A stretch of DNA of 64,000 nucleotides from Calcarisporiella thermophila CBS 279.70 (taxonomy: Eukaryota; Fungi; Calcarisporiellomycota), in NCBI RefSeq assembly GCF_041956535.1, contig NW_027192214.1:159687-223686 (forward strand), read 5' to 3'. Positions within the stretch are counted from its first letter, which is position 1. Every line of letters starts with the position of its first letter. The translations under genes were made by a program, and so were the position numbers. Below the pieces are notes generated by a model that had not been told where the DNA came from, did no database searches, and worked only from the letters and a program-made list of their open reading frames with translations. This document shows positions 50,187-64,000 of the stretch, one piece after another.

Positions 50187-53100
50187 CTACTCTCCCACGT
50201 CGAACTCTACAGGAACCTGTTGATCTATGCCCAGGTACCCATCGCTTATCAAAAAGAGGACCCATCGCACCTTTCCTTCTAGATTACCATCTGGAACCGT
50301 GAATCTAAGACTGGTGGTCATCTCCTCCCAGGCCCGCTTCCACTTCTCTTCACCCGCGTTGCTGGTTTTGTCAGCAGCATTAGCGCTGAACGGTGCCACA
50401 CGCCGCAAGGCTACGATTTCATCCGCGACGGTGTCCCCGAGAACCACCCACCACGACTCTCGCTGTGGCTTTGGGAATCGAGGCGCATGAATGAACTCTT
50501 CGCCGCCCATGGGTCGACGTCGCAGTCGTAGCTGGACTCGAAGCGCGCACCGGGCCCCGATGCGAAGCGGCTCCTTTTCCTTCTTAGACTTGTCCTTCAC
50601 CCAACCAAGGCGCCAGCTTACCTCAGGGATTGGCACATTAGCTAGCATTCTTCGGATGTTTTCTTCCTGTCTTGGATTTATGCCAAATTTGGCAAGAACT
50701 GAATCGATTTCCACTTTGGGAAGGAGGGCAAATTCAGCCAGGCAGCGGATTTGCTTACCCTAAAGAGCAGGATGCCGATTAGCTATTAGTTCGCAGTCAC
50801 AACAAGTGGGGAATCATGGCTTACGAGGATTACCTTTTGCATGAGGGCTCCTGATTGAATAATACTCGAGTCTATGTGCGGAATGGTCATCAGCGACGAG
50901 GAATCTTCCCATTGCCCTTGTTTGATACACTGGAGCACGTTCATAGCAATTAAGCTTGTATTCAACAGGCCGAGCTCGGCGGCCACATCGATCATGGCTT
51001 GGAGCACTCGCACGGACTGGTCGAGCACGGAGGTGGTATCCGTGATATAGTCTGCAACGGGCAGTCTGACCCGTCCAAGATGCGCTTGGAGAAGAAGGAA
51101 TGCCTTGGCATGCGGCGAATCGTGCGTCAGCCCTTGGGGCACCGGCGCACGGACGTCCTTCTCCAGCTCGCGATTGAGGATGTCCTCGTTGTGTCGCACC
51201 GGGAGCTCCGCGAACTCGCTTGCACAGGCAAGCACCTCCAATATCTTTAGGAACGAGGCCCCGTCTCTTCCCCATGCGGTGAAGCGCTCTCTGAACAAGC
51301 GAATGGATGCATGGTGCAAGTAATAGAAGGATGCAATTCTGCCCAAAGGAGTCGATACAAGTCCCTCTTCCTCGATTTGAACACACCCCGATAGTGCGAG
51401 CTCGCGCAGCGATTGTTCAATGAGCCGGGAGAGGAAGCTATTCACGCCCGCGGGCGTCATCTCTGTGAGCCCATAGTAGCTTGGGTTTTGCTGGAGACGG
51501 CGGAAGAAGTAGGTCCAAGTGACAAACTGCATCGCATCCTGGGTGGTGCGAACAGTTCCCGAGGTTATCTCTGCATTCAAGTGGTTATCGAGCTGAAGGT
51601 GTAAGCTTGATTCAACGGGGAAAGGCTCATGAAGGAACTTTTTATAAAAGTTTTTCTTGGAATCATGCACAAAGATGCGGGCAATGCCTGTAGTGTCGAA
51701 CTGAGGACGACCTAAACATGAGAGGAGATCTAGTCAGATACTCTGGAGCAAAGGCAATAAGATATAATGTGTAAAATACCGGCTCGTCCCATCATCTGCA
51801 ATACATCTGTAATCGGAAAATCAACATATCCCTTTGATTTTGCGTCGTAGAATTCCGTTCCTTTAATCACGACTAAGTGGGCAGGGAAATTGACACCCCA
51901 CGCAAGCGTGCTGGTTGCTATTAACACCTGAATCTTGGTATTCACGAATAACTCCTCCACAATGCCTCGATCTCTGTCTGTGAGGCCGGCATGATGCAGG
52001 CCTATCCCGAATTGTAGACTATTTTTAAGACTTTGGTCTTGTACTTGCGCTAGGACCATCTCTAGCTCATCCTCGGATAACCGCAGAAATCGGCGTGGAT
52101 TTTCTTCGAGCCCACAAAGAGCGATCAAGTCCTGGGCAGTTAACCGAGTCTGTCGACGCGACGAGACGAATACAATCACAGGCTGGGTGGGCGAGTGGGT
52201 CTTGATTGCAGCAAAAGTAGGTTTGTTCATCATAGCCATACGGGGACAGTAGTGCTTTCCTGGGAAGCCATCGATATAAATTTCAAGCGGTACAGGACGC
52301 ACCGAGTGGCGGAAGTTAAACAGGCCTTGTGGGGTAATTCCTAGCCAGTTGGCTAAATCGTGCGCATTGGCTAACGCAGTCGAAAGTCCTATAATGCGTA
52401 TCCGCTGGTCGGTCTGTGCTCCCATATAGTTCATTCTCGACACAATCATCTCTAGAGTTGGGCCGCGATCACCACCCAGCAGATGAATTTCATCGATAAT
52501 CACACACGACACTTTCTGGACATACGTGCGGTGCTGCCAATTTCGACTGATACCGTCCCATTTCTCCGGTGTCGTTATAATGATATCTGCTGTCTCTATT
52601 GAATGGAGATCAGGTGTCACATCTCCCGTCAATTCAACGAGCTTTTTCTGTGTTGGGCCAACGAGACGCGTTCGCCAATCAATAACACGTTCTCGGACCA
52701 AGGCCTTTAGTGGAGCGATATATACAACCTTGGTGCCTGGCCGTTTTCGAAATGCCCACCACATGGCCAACTCGGCCGCGACCGTTTTCCCCGAGCCCGT
52801 GGGTGCACCGACGAGCGTGTTCAGATCCGTGTGGTAGAGTGTATGGAATATTTGAGTCTGGATTGGATTGAAATGCTTGAATCGCTTTGCATATATATCC
52901 TCCAGTACCTCATCGTGCAGAGCAGCTATAGGGAGCGGCTGCAGGTCGAGAAGATCTGTGTGGGGCTGATGGTGTTCGGGGAGGATCAGATGCTTGAATG
53001 AGATAGGAATAATGGTTTCTGCGCCAATCCACCGGTCAGATGTCGCTCGAACAAAGATCTGCGGCGGTAGAGGCTCGGTGACAGGGATCGTAAAGGAAAG

Positions 53101-56100
53101 CTTTTGCGTCTCGCCAAGATGCTTCTTGTTCAGCACGAGATACTCTGAGTAGTAGATTTCGGTATTCTCTGCGTCTTCGACCCATATCCACCACGGGTCA
53201 GCGGAGCCATGAATCCGATCGTTCCATACGAAATCAGGGACGACGTTCAGTTGAACACGTAGGACGTTGCGTGTGATAGGTGCAATCTGCGCGTCAAGCG
53301 CCAACAGGGGAAACTGGTCCACACACTTGGCAATGGTAGGGCCCATACGATTGTGACGAACAAGCTGGCCAAGCTCTGCAGGAGTCATGTCCCGCATCTG
53401 CTCGATGGTCGGAGGCGGATCGTGCGCCTCAAGCTTTTGTATGATATCTGCGGGAAGGCCAAATTGACCCAAGGGGTGTTCGAAAGGCCACATACGTTTG
53501 TCAATGGATTTACTCATGTTGAGCAATACCGAAGTCACCGGCCCCCAGTTACGATTGAGAGCAATCTCGAAGAGGGCGCGTATGATACGAGAGGCATTCT
53601 GCGCAACATAAGAGCTATCCGAGACAAGCGCGAAATCCTCCGGCTGCATGCGAGAAATAAATGTTTGTAGCAGGATGTTGACTTTCCCGTGCGTGGAATC
53701 TGGTCCACCCTATAGGTCAGAAAAGTAGATGCACGGGTAAGAGGAAGGCGAAGCAAATGCATGACTACAGCATGTAGGTTTACCTTGATCTCACAGAAGC
53801 ATCCTCCTTCCTGCAAATCTTTCAGCTCGACTTGTTCATTGTCGCGCGATTTGATTTGGTCAAACTCGCTGCTCAAACTGATCATAGCGAGGGCATCCGC
53901 TTCTGTCATACGCGGGCGCATCATCGAATTGAAAATCTCGATACTTCTGTGTGAAATATAGAAATTAGAGGCGATCCGTCCCAGATCTTTCGCAGTCAGG
54001 TATCCCGTATTTTCATCGAATATGATCATTTGTGTGCGGTGGAGCGTGCGTGCTGCATTTACGACGAGTTCCCGGCGTTTCCGACCAAGTAATGGATCTT
54101 GTGATGGCTCGAAGTGGTCCATTCCATACACCATAGGGTTTCGCTTCATACGTACGAACAGATACGTGTAGCTCAGCCAAGTCACAGCCTCGTCAACATT
54201 GGTCACCGTGCCTAGTGAGATCTCGGCATTGAGATTGTCGACCATGTTGCTGATGAAAGTGGACTCGATTGGGTGCTGTTGAGTGATCGCAGAGATATAA
54301 TGCGAGAGTTTGTCATGGGTGGTAATGATGTACCCCACTCCTTGACTTTCATACTACAAAGCAGTTCGGTATGAGCACAACGAGAGACATAAAGAGGAGG
54401 AAGAGATATCCTTACTTGAGGACGTCCAGCACGTCCAAAAATTTGCAGTACATCCAATATCGAAAGATCAACAAAGTTACCCTTCTGGGTGTCATACACC
54501 TGGGTGCCTTTGATAACGACAGCATAGGCGGGTAAATTGACACCCCATGCGAGAGTTGCAGTACAGCATAGAACCTTTTAGAGCAATCAAGGATGTAGAA
54601 TGTCAACCCCCGAATATTCCAACACAGGCTCTCTCTTTTTACCTTTATTAGCCCTGCCTCGAACATTTTCTCCGTTAAGGTGCGATCACTCCTCAACATC
54701 CCTGCGTGATGGATGCCAAAGCCTTGCGCAAATAGCTCTTTCATTTCACGATTCCTTGAGCGTGCAATTTCCTTTTTGTAAAATTCAAATTTGGGGTGTT
54801 CTGTTGGCAAAAACATGTCTGCCTCTCCCTCCTGTACAGCCATCTCTCGCAGCTTTTTAGCCGTCTTCACCGTTTCTTTACGAGCGTGAACAAATACCAT
54901 CACCTGGTGCCCTTCTCGAACTAGGGACTGGATCTTGTCATAGCATGCACGATTCATGTTATCATTTGAGAGCGTGCTGCCCGGCTTGCCTTTGACCCCA
55001 ATAAAGTGTTGCTCAAGTGGAACGGGACGGAATCCAGAATCGAAGTAGAAGAGACCTTGGTGCGGGTTTACTCTTCATGTTGCAATCAGGCAGATTTTTG
55101 TTAATTATTCGACTGTATATCTGAAGAATATTAAATGGGCTCCTACCGAAGAAACATGGCAACATCAAGATAGTTGGGCAGCGTAGCAGACAAACCAACA
55201 ATCCTTATCATAGACTGACTGGTTTCGACCTATCATTGAAAGAGGATGAGTCAAGTCCATGTTTAAATCTGATATCTCTCTCTTGAATTGTCATACATAC
55301 CTGCCGAAGAGTTCTAGCAATGATACTTTCTATCACAGCGCCTCTATCTTCATGTAAAAGATGTACTTCGTCAATAATGAGAAGTTTCACTTTCTATTAG
55401 CGTCATTAAGGTAATTGATCAGCTCTATGTTGATATTTGTGCAGCCATAAGTATTTTTCTCACTTGAGCAAGCTCGACATCTCCAGTTCCTTTCCGCGTC
55501 ACGACATCCCACTTCTCCGGAGTGGTCACAATGATTTGTGTGTTTTGAATCTCGGTGCGGGTCAGCTGCATATCGCCTATGCAATATTTGAACATGGAGT
55601 AAGAGGCATTTCATGCTCCATATTAAATTCAAGAAATGCCATACCAGTTAATTCTCGCACTTCAATACCGAGCCATTTTAACCGGCTGCCAAGCTTCCCC
55701 ACCACTTCGGCCGCTAGCGCCTTCATCGGAGCAACATATACTATCTTGAAATCGCGCTTCGCAATTGAAAACGATTGGGGTTCGTCGTCGACAATTGGCT
55801 TGGGGTTACAGTAATTATAGAGACAGCGAAGAATCGTGAGCATGGCTACATCCGTTTTACCCGCACCGGTGGGTGCACAAATAAGCATATTCTCGTTGGT
55901 TTCATAAGCAATTGGGTATACAATAGATTGAACTCTATTCAGAGATTTGTAGCCCTTATATTGGCGCAAATAACTGAATTAGTAAAATGATAGCTGCGTT
56001 GCATTTAAGAAAAGCAACAAGCTCACCTTGAATGAACCTTTGCATAAATTATCCATCTGATGAATAAAAATCCGTCGTTCGTGTGTTCGTACAGGAGCTT

Positions 56101-57743
56101 GAGGCACGACTGGAATTGTAATTTCCTCGTAATCCTTTGTGAAGATATACAATGCAAACAGATTAAAAAAGAAAAAAATCAAGATAGACAAAGTCTAGCT
56201 TACTCTGCTGTCCTCTCGCGTTGTTCCCTCTGGCAATACAAATCGTGTTCCAAACATTGAAAGAGGACCGGAGACTTTGGCCGACTGGTAAACATTGGGA
56301 TAAACTTCCGCTGGATGACTTGCCTAGAAGATCCCCGTACAAAATTATAATTTGCCTTTTTATGTTAACTTGTAAGAACAAAAACGACGCACCCTAACAT
56401 TTCCAGATGCCAGTGGGGCTTCACTTGCCACTCGAAGGGCATCTTCTCGCGCGCGCTTGAGATAAGCACCATCAAAGCCAAGCAAAGTTGATGACAGAGC
56501 TGCTTCCTCCTCATCTCCTCCTTTGGCAAACTGTCTTTGCAGTCGCTTCTCATCCTTCCTGATCTTCTTTAATTCTTGCATTTCCTCCTCCGATCGGATG
56601 ATGACTTGTGGAGTGATGGTAGAGCGCTGTGTCAATTGCGACGGTGCAGGCTTCTGAGCTGGAATCGTACTAATTTCTTGCTGCCCATTAGCCTAAATAT
56701 ATATCCATCTTCAGTCGAGCTTAGTTTTGCTTAGAGTTACTATTAGATTGCCTACACTTGATACAATATTGTCAATGATGGTTTGCCTATTTCCAAGTAG
56801 CGAAGTGATAAACTCGAAGTTATCATAGCCAAGAATATCGACTAGCTCCATCTGGATCTCATCATCTGTTCAAACACTTTGTTTAACTCTATGGCTCATA
56901 GGAGTGAAGGCGAATCTTATATACCTGCTCTCTCTGAGCGTAAAATGGTAAACAGATCTGTGCAGAGCCGCGTTGGAGGAATATCTACGTTTCCCTGAAG
57001 CGCCAAGTGCTTCTCACATTGTCTAAAATCCGAGGTTGAAATTAGCAATTTCCTATCCATCAGCTTTACGTATATGGCATATTACCCTAGTAGCCAATTG
57101 CGTCCGAATTTCTCCTCTTTGGTTCTAGCCTGAGTGCTCGTATGAGAATCATCGACAGGAAATGGGTATATCGACTCATCTCCAGGCATTTCAGAGTCAC
57201 TGGATTCGGTATCAGAGATAGCCTCAAGCCAATAAGGTGGTTGGAAGGCGATGTCATTGCCGAATTCTACTTCAGATTCATTTTCGAATACTTAAGGCAT
57301 TATAAAGATTTTCGTTAACCAATAATCAACCGGTGCGAATGAAAATCAATTCATAAAGATACTCTTGCATCTAAGGGTAAGGAGCTCTCTTTATTTATGT
57401 ACATACCTGGAATGCTATCACTATTTGACACGATATGAATGGCAAGAAAAAGGAATAAGTATGTGATTTAGGAGAGTTTAAAAGGAAACACCTCTTGAAT
57501 TCCTCAAGCCAAGCGCGATCATACTTACGTTTTGTTCAGTGCAAGAAGTTCTCTGAAGCGTGCCAACTCATTCTCCCACTCGCCTTCCATCGCCTGCTGG
57601 CCCTCCAACAGTCTAGTTGCTAAGGAATCGCCTGCTGAAGAAGCACGCGATTTTCCTTTCCCTTTGCCCTTGTTGGAGGCCGAGAATGGACTTGAACGCC
57701 GAAAGAGGTCACTTACACGAAAATCCAGGCTACCTACTGTCAT
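50187..57743 (-). CDS. SLH1: Ski2-like double-cassette helicase Slh1/Rqt2/ASCC3, multi-exon
   Basis: Two helicase cassettes (APTGAGKT / IIDEVHLL / GIHHAG / FGRAGRPQ, and APTGSGKT / IIDEIHLL / GLHHAG / MGRAGRPQ), each followed by a Sec63 unit. GKHYCPRM and the N-terminus fit ASCC3 better than Brr2. Confidence 0.93.
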
Positions 57744-58230
57744 TTTCGAGCTGTCTATTGATTAATCGTTATTACTGGCGTAAGACCGAGAACTGCACGT
57801 TGCAGCGATACTATCATTTAGATTCCAAATTCCTGAAAAGGAAAATTTTGATTAGAATCAAGGCTCGAGGCCGAATGTATTCACGATGTTTATGACCAAG
57901 AAATTGACCATATCAGTATACCCCTCCGGGCTCCGCTTAAATGTAGCAAGGTGATGAACACCAAGAGCGCAAGCTTTACCATTAAGATGTCAGAGTGTGG
58001 CCTTTTTTTTTTGAATGTTAAGAGGAAACAGCTTGCTCCATTCATAAATGACATAGAATATACATCAAAAGAAAGAGAAAAAAAAATTATCCCACCCAAT
58101 TAAGGAAAATAAAAGGAGTTAAGTAGATGTAGAGGGAAAAGAAGAAAAAAAACAGATTACTCCGGAATCTACATATACAAAAGGGGAGAAAAAGCAAGAA
58201 TAGTAGTATATAAAGTAAGGGAAATTCACA

Positions 58231-59899
58231 CTAGTTCTTATCCTCCGAATAGCTAATTGGATTAGGAGATTGTGTAAGCAGCCGCTGTTTATTGTCTTCA
58301 TCCTGTATCTCGACCTGCTGTGAGTTGGCCTTCACTTTCCCTTCAGAGTCACCGTTATCATTATCTATCTCAACTTCGACCTCATCCTCTTCATTACTAT
58401 TTTCATCCAAGGTTGGAGTAGCCTCCGATTTCACTTTGTTTTCCTTCTCATCAACTAGCATCGCTGCCTTCTCCTCGTCCTGACCGTCTATGCTCGGTAT
58501 CGTATTGCCGAATCTGTCCACTTGCGCCGTTTCCGGGACCTTTTTTGCCATCCAGTCGTACCATTCCTCTTTGGTTCTCCCGTTAAGGAATCCAATGATA
58601 ATCACCGTCATATTGTCGCACCCAACTCCTCCGATTTCGCTATCCGGCGCGAGGCAGCGGTCCATTAAGTGCTCACAGGCCGCAGCCAGAGACTCTTTCC
58701 TTGCAATTTCCCGGCGCACGAAGTCGATAACTTCTTGCGACGACATGCAGTCCCAGATCCCTGTTGAATGTGCAAATAGTATTATTTTAGTGATATAGTC
58801 GTAATGGGTGAGAATGTTGGTGAACCAACCATCGCAAGCTAACACGAGGAATTCGACTTCATCAGTGAGTTTGTGCTCTTGGATATCGGGATTGGCCGTG
58901 ACAACCTGCTGTTCGGCAGGGAGAGTCTCGTTGCGCTTGAATTCAAAATCACCAATGGCTCTCGACAGAGCAAGATTGCCTTTATCAGGGGATTAATTTT
59001 AGAACAGTCTTTAAATAATGGGATGACTTTCAAATAAAGAACTATACCGTTCACACGACCGAACTCAACATATCCTCCCGCAGCCACAATTCGGGCAGAT
59101 TCGTCTTTATTCACCGGTTTATGGTCATGAGAAAGGTCAATAGCCTCTCCATTGACGCAGACAACAGCACGGGAGTCGCCTGCATTGCCCTACAATACAG
59201 AATAAAACCCATGAGACAGAGCTCTTTTCTCTTGTTCGTATATTAAAGCTAATAAGGATACATACGACAAACAGGCGGTTATCGGGAGTAATGAGAGCAA
59301 CAACGGCGGTACATCCGGATGGCTCATTCACGTACTCGGGATCTACATGGACATGAATATACTTCAATACTTGCGTCACGGCAAGTATAGGTGGATCTTA
59401 CCTTCTCGCAGATCCACGTCTGTACCAAGGAACCCATTCTTAATGGCGGTAGCATAATCTCTCTTTTTAAATGCCTCATCCTTAGCAATCCTCATATGCA
59501 ATTGCTTTCCGCTGTATTTTGCGACGCCATTGCCTATTCATGATCGAGAACAGAATTAATTAGATTGATCTCACGTGGAAAGGAAGGAAAAAAAATGAAA
59601 TTACCTCCATGCCCGTCGTAGACACCAAAGAAACTATGGGATGATTCGCAATCGTCGATATTTAGTAACGTGGTATGAGCATCTTCCATTGCTAAGAAAA
59701 ACAAGGTCGCAACAAGTCAAAGACAACATTGTGAAAATGTTCAATCACTGCATGAATTATATTATAGTCAGCCAAATGGGCAAGCAAAAAGGATACAGAT
59801 TCGCCAGCCTTGCATGCACGAGGCTCCGTAGACCATGCGGTCATCCTCGCCTTCATTCGAGTGCTTGTCTACGATAGGTTCAGAAAGGGTTTGGCCCAT
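58231..59899 (-). CDS. PTC2: Protein phosphatase 2C, Ptc2/Ptc3 type
   Basis: MGQTLSEP (myristoylation-type start), [50 protein letters not shown] and GCDNMT, with an acidic tail. Confidence 0.95.
59692..59796 (-). other. Candidate U12-type (minor spliceosome) GT-AG intron
   Basis: Donor GTATCCTTTTT and branch-like TCTTTGAC. Splicing restores GWRI-S-MEDAH. Confidence 0.65.
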
Positions 59900-60475
59900 G
59901 GTAGGATTCTGACGTGGAGATTTGCGATTAAAAAACGGATATCCTAATTTCCGGAGAAGAGATTCGCCCTGGAACTATAATGGAATAAGAAACGCGTAAG
60001 AATGACACAGTTTGATGAATTCAAAATTCGTGATTTTATAGAGTAATGGGTCGAAGAATTAATAATGGGGCCAGATCCAACATTTAATCCCAATAATGAG
60101 AAAATGCCTTGAACGGTGATCACGGCATTAAAATAAAAACAAATTGGAAACAATTGGTAAAATAAAATTGAAGGTGCCTACCGTCGATCTCTGATGAATT
60201 AGAAAGGGGAAAGAGAGAGAGAAAAAATGCGCGATGAGGGATAAAAAGGAGGAGTGAATTATGTTCTAAAATGGCTGAACAAACAAAAATTTGTCTGGAA
60301 ATATCCTAAAAGTATCCAGATTATGCCGCACTGGCAATAACTCTTTCGATGAAATTGCACCAAGACGCCTTTATTATATCTAGTATTAGGGGATATTCCT
60401 ACTCTTTTTGGCTCCAAAAAAATATACAGTTCGTGAAAAATCTACAGAAATCTAATGCGGAATTATCAGATCAAA

Positions 60476-63400
60476 CTAGGCGAAGTTAGCAAAATTGCTC
60501 TTTAATTCAATTGTCGGGGCGCGTGTTTCAAGGGCTCCTTGCGCGCGACGGCTTTCCTGCTGTTGTGTGAGTATTCGCTGCCTCACAGCGGACTCGAGGC
60601 GCGTCCGCGAGTCAGTAGGAAGCTGAGAGACAGCTGCCTTGAAAGCAACGGGCAACTCGGAGACAAGATTTAGGATATCCTCGATCACAATGTTGTGCAG
60701 GGCCGTGGGGGCAGTCTCAGGCTCACTGAGGAGATGCGAAAGAACTTGGAGTATAAGGCAAAGAACATCCGATTCTGCTCAAGAGAAGAGCATAATTAAT
60801 ACATAGAATGGCAAAAATCTCGACACTGATGGTAGGAAACGCCCTTACGCTTTTCTATTTCCACGATGCTTGAGAGTGAGAGGATTGTCTTTATGCTCTT
60901 TTCGGCAATTTGCGAATTAAATAGCGCACTCTCTTTATCCTTAAAAGAGAGCAGCAATACAATTAAATTAGGGAGAACAGCCCGTGTCAACCTCCGGCCC
61001 AAGGTAACGGAAGCCAACGAAGAGGATTTTCTCGCAGGTAACTGGAAAAGATTTTGCACGCATTGGATCGCAGCAAGAGCAATCTGGACGTGAGGGAAAG
61101 AGTGGGAGAAGAATGAGCTATTAATCAAAAAAGTAAAAATATAGCAACTTACCTCTGGATTTTGGCTCTGGAGAGCAGCATGAATAAACTCTACATACTG
61201 CTGCTGGCATGAATTGTCGTGCAGCATACATCTTGGAACGCTTGTGAACAGTAATGTCGACGAAAGCATTGCGGTTTTCACCAAATCACTTTTGTGTTCT
61301 TGAATAGCTGTCCTATCTAAAATTGCCCCAATGAATGCCCCCAATACCTTTGTCACAGCATCTTCGGTCTCCTCTGAGATCTGTGCATCTAGATGTTCGA
61401 ACAAGGTTTTCAAAGAGATAAGCATATGCGACGTCACGTTAGCTTGATAATCTGAGTCTTGTAGAATGGCCGTGCAGATATATAGAGTAACAGCAAGGAT
61501 ATCGGGCTTGAGCAAACTTGGGGCAGCCTGGGCTATTTTCAGGAGCGCGTCAGTGCTCTCGACGAGAAGAACTGACCTGTCCTCAAGAGGCGACTGTTTA
61601 GCTACCACTGCAAATTAAGCTTAACGTTAGCACTCTCCACAACTCAACAAAAATAAAAAGACACACCTCTCCGAGAGCCTAGCGCAGGCATGCACTGACA
61701 TATTATATTGATAAGAAGCCGCATCAGATGCTCCAGCATAGAGCGTTCGCCAGAGGACGCTTCAAGATCTTCGTTGGCAGCTTCAGTGGGATCGCCCGCA
61801 GGCGTTGTGTCCACCTCGGCTAAACTGCTAGCGTCACGAGATAGAGTCGGTTAAAAATGCTCAGCCCTCCAGCTTGGTATGTATACAATATCTACCTGCT
61901 TAGGAAATCGCTGGCCAGGAGATCCGCATCATACTCGAGAATCACCCGCTCCACCAATTTCACAATCAAAATTTGTGCCTGTGGTCCCTGTGTCTTCACC
62001 AGCCGATCCAACACGTTACAGGTTTCCAAGAACACCTGGGGCTTTGAAAACAGCGCTCCGGCGAATCGTTGGCTCAATAGCGTTTTTAGTGCATCAAGTC
62101 CGGTGATAATCAAATTGGGATCGGCGGGGGATGTTTCGGCCGTCGTGGTCGTACCCTCCGACCCTACACTCAGGGTCTCTATACAGAGTCCAAACAAAAT
62201 GACTATGGTGTTTTGCCCTTCTTTTGAGGCCGTTCCTTCGTCGAGCTGGAGCAACGCAGATATGGAGGGGTCATTTACTTCGAGTAAACGTGTCACAGCG
62301 CTAAGCATGTTTGCCCACGAGGTACGGTAAAAAGGGAGCACCACCTTTTGAGACATTCTAGAGTATATCGAGTCAAATGCGTCATTCGAATTTGCATTGG
62401 TTCGAGTCTCCACGATTCCCTCGAGACCAGGGATTTCCCCCATTTCAAGCCGCACAAGTACGCAACGCTTCAATTCCAAAACCCAGAGCGAACATAGGGT
62501 GGAGAGGTGGGGAGCAACCACGTCCACCAAGTAAGTTTGCTTGCTACTTGCGACGTAGAGTTCGGCCCATGCCCTGAGCATCGCAAGTCTCGTCATGACA
62601 GATGCGTGCAAGCTGAGCTGATCCTGTGAACGGGCGCCACCATCTGCAGATACATTTCTTATTAAATGGATACGAAAACAGTAGCTGTTGCCAACACTTT
62701 ACCTCGGCACTTCTCAAGGGCCGTCACCAACAGTTTGAGCACCCGCCCTAGCCGATCCAACTCTTGCACAATTCCACTGGCCACGTAAACGGCGCATACT
62801 TCCACTGCGGCCGCAAGCACATCCGGGGGCGATTCGGGCTCAAATGCTGGTGTCAGCGCGGCCGCGATTTGTGCTTGATATTGTTCGAGCAATAAGGCGC
62901 CCTCCAAATCCGGATCCTCGGCGGGGGAAAACACTTCAATTAGATCGCGCAAAAGACTGATTCCCTCAAGACGCATCTCCCGTTGAGAGCTGGTTGCGGC
63001 GGCAAAAGCCATCTTAATTAGGTCACTGATGTGGAGGACAAGACTCTCGGCGTTAGACTCTGCCCTTGCCGATTCGAGATCAATATGCCGTTTATCACCA
63101 CTGGATGCGATGATACGCACGACTTGATGAACACACTGCAGGGCAAATAGCTGGGTTCGCCAGCGCGGTGAGATCTTGACTATTTGCTCGCCGGTACCAC
63201 TTTTAGCAGGAGTCCCGGCAGAAGCACCAACTTGCCGTATTCCACTCGCCTCATCATCATCCTCATCATTCATCTGGTTTCCGTCATCCTTCTCGATGCC
63301 ATTTTCGTCCCGTCCTTGCTCTTCGCGCACAGCCCCAGAGGGTGCAACCGAGGCCGTTCGATCGTCTGCCCCGTGAGACATCATACTCTTGCACAGCCCA

Positions 63401-64000
63401 ATCCAAACAGATGGAGTCGTCAACGCTGTCTGTTTCAACCATCCGCGGATCACGTTCTTCACATCGTCTAAATAGGGATCCGTATCCAACATCGTGAAGA
63501 GCTGGGCGTCCAAGCCGGGGCGTGCGACCGCAAACACCGCGTGCACATCCCGTTGGACCAGCTGATACAGACATGTTACAGCGGCAGCTCGAAGGGGCCG
63601 GTGAGGGCTCGAGAGCCGTTTCTGGAGATAGCGGACAATGTACTGCATGTCCAAGTGACGAGGAATAAACATGATTAGATGCTGGATACAGTATACACCC
63701 TCGACCTGCACGCGAGTGTCCGGGTCATGTAGCAGCTCCTCCACCAGAGTAAGACACAATTCGCGCAACCGGGATGACATTTGGAGCTCTGGCCCTGCGG
63801 TGTTGATCAACGCGTAGAGAATCCGTCCAAGCTCCTGGTACACGGAAAAGCCGACATTCAGGCCAGCATTGCTTGTGCTCACCGTCGCCCCACACTCATG
63901 GGTTTCCTTCATGAACAGTTTAGCCACCAGGCCGAGCGTCGAATTAACGAAACTTGAAAACATAAGCCCTGCAGCCTCGATCAAGGTGGCAAGCCCATCC
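60476..64000 (-). CDS. LAA1: HEAT-repeat AP-1 accessory protein Laa1/HEATR5, 3' part; 5' end lies beyond the window
   Basis: RWRTQLFALQC, DLIKMAF, EDPDLEGALLLEQYQAQIAAALTPAF and LAMLRAWAELY, with a C-terminal PTIELKSNF. Confidence 0.9.

Noticed and set aside
18046-59899. Functional gene cluster of surface sensing or cell-cycle genes (Kelch receptors, RhoGAP, Msb2, Cdc25, kinesin-5, PP2C)
   Set aside because: The genes are interspersed with unrelated housekeeping genes, and there is no evidence of co-regulation without synteny data.

Overview
This window is eukaryotic nuclear DNA: gene-dense, intron-rich (short GT-AG introns) and fungal. An early-diverging, Mucoromycota-like fungus is my inference, from the fused TRP5, Fta4, Msb2, the Kelch-TM expansion and one intron with a U12-type donor. 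There are about 20 protein-coding loci: a Cid1-family nucleotidyltransferase, Fta4, ATP2, TRP5, a frameshifted NB-ARC/TPR NLR, two C2H2 transcription factors, three tandem Kelch single-pass receptors (the middle one broken), an F-BAR RhoGAP, a small secreted protein, Cdc25, UBC8, mitochondrial ProRS, eIF4E, Msb2, kinesin-5, Slh1/ASCC3, PP2C and Laa1/HEATR5. I saw no rRNA, tRNA, CRISPR array or autonomous transposon. The most notable items are: (1) tandem winged-helix (OST-HTH/LOTUS-like) domains fused to a Cid1-type TUTase; (2) two intergenic 0.5-0.75 kb segments packed with long stem-loops whose G-U pairs favour the + strand, which are candidate unannotated structured RNAs; (3) a birth-and-death array of Kelch-TM receptors with a near-invariant 33-bp promoter element, a KPDE tail motif and a length-conserved 87-nt intron; (4) a candidate minor-spliceosome intron in PP2C; (5) a triply frameshifted NLR with no effector domain. 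All calls are by eye, and no database search or folding program was run.
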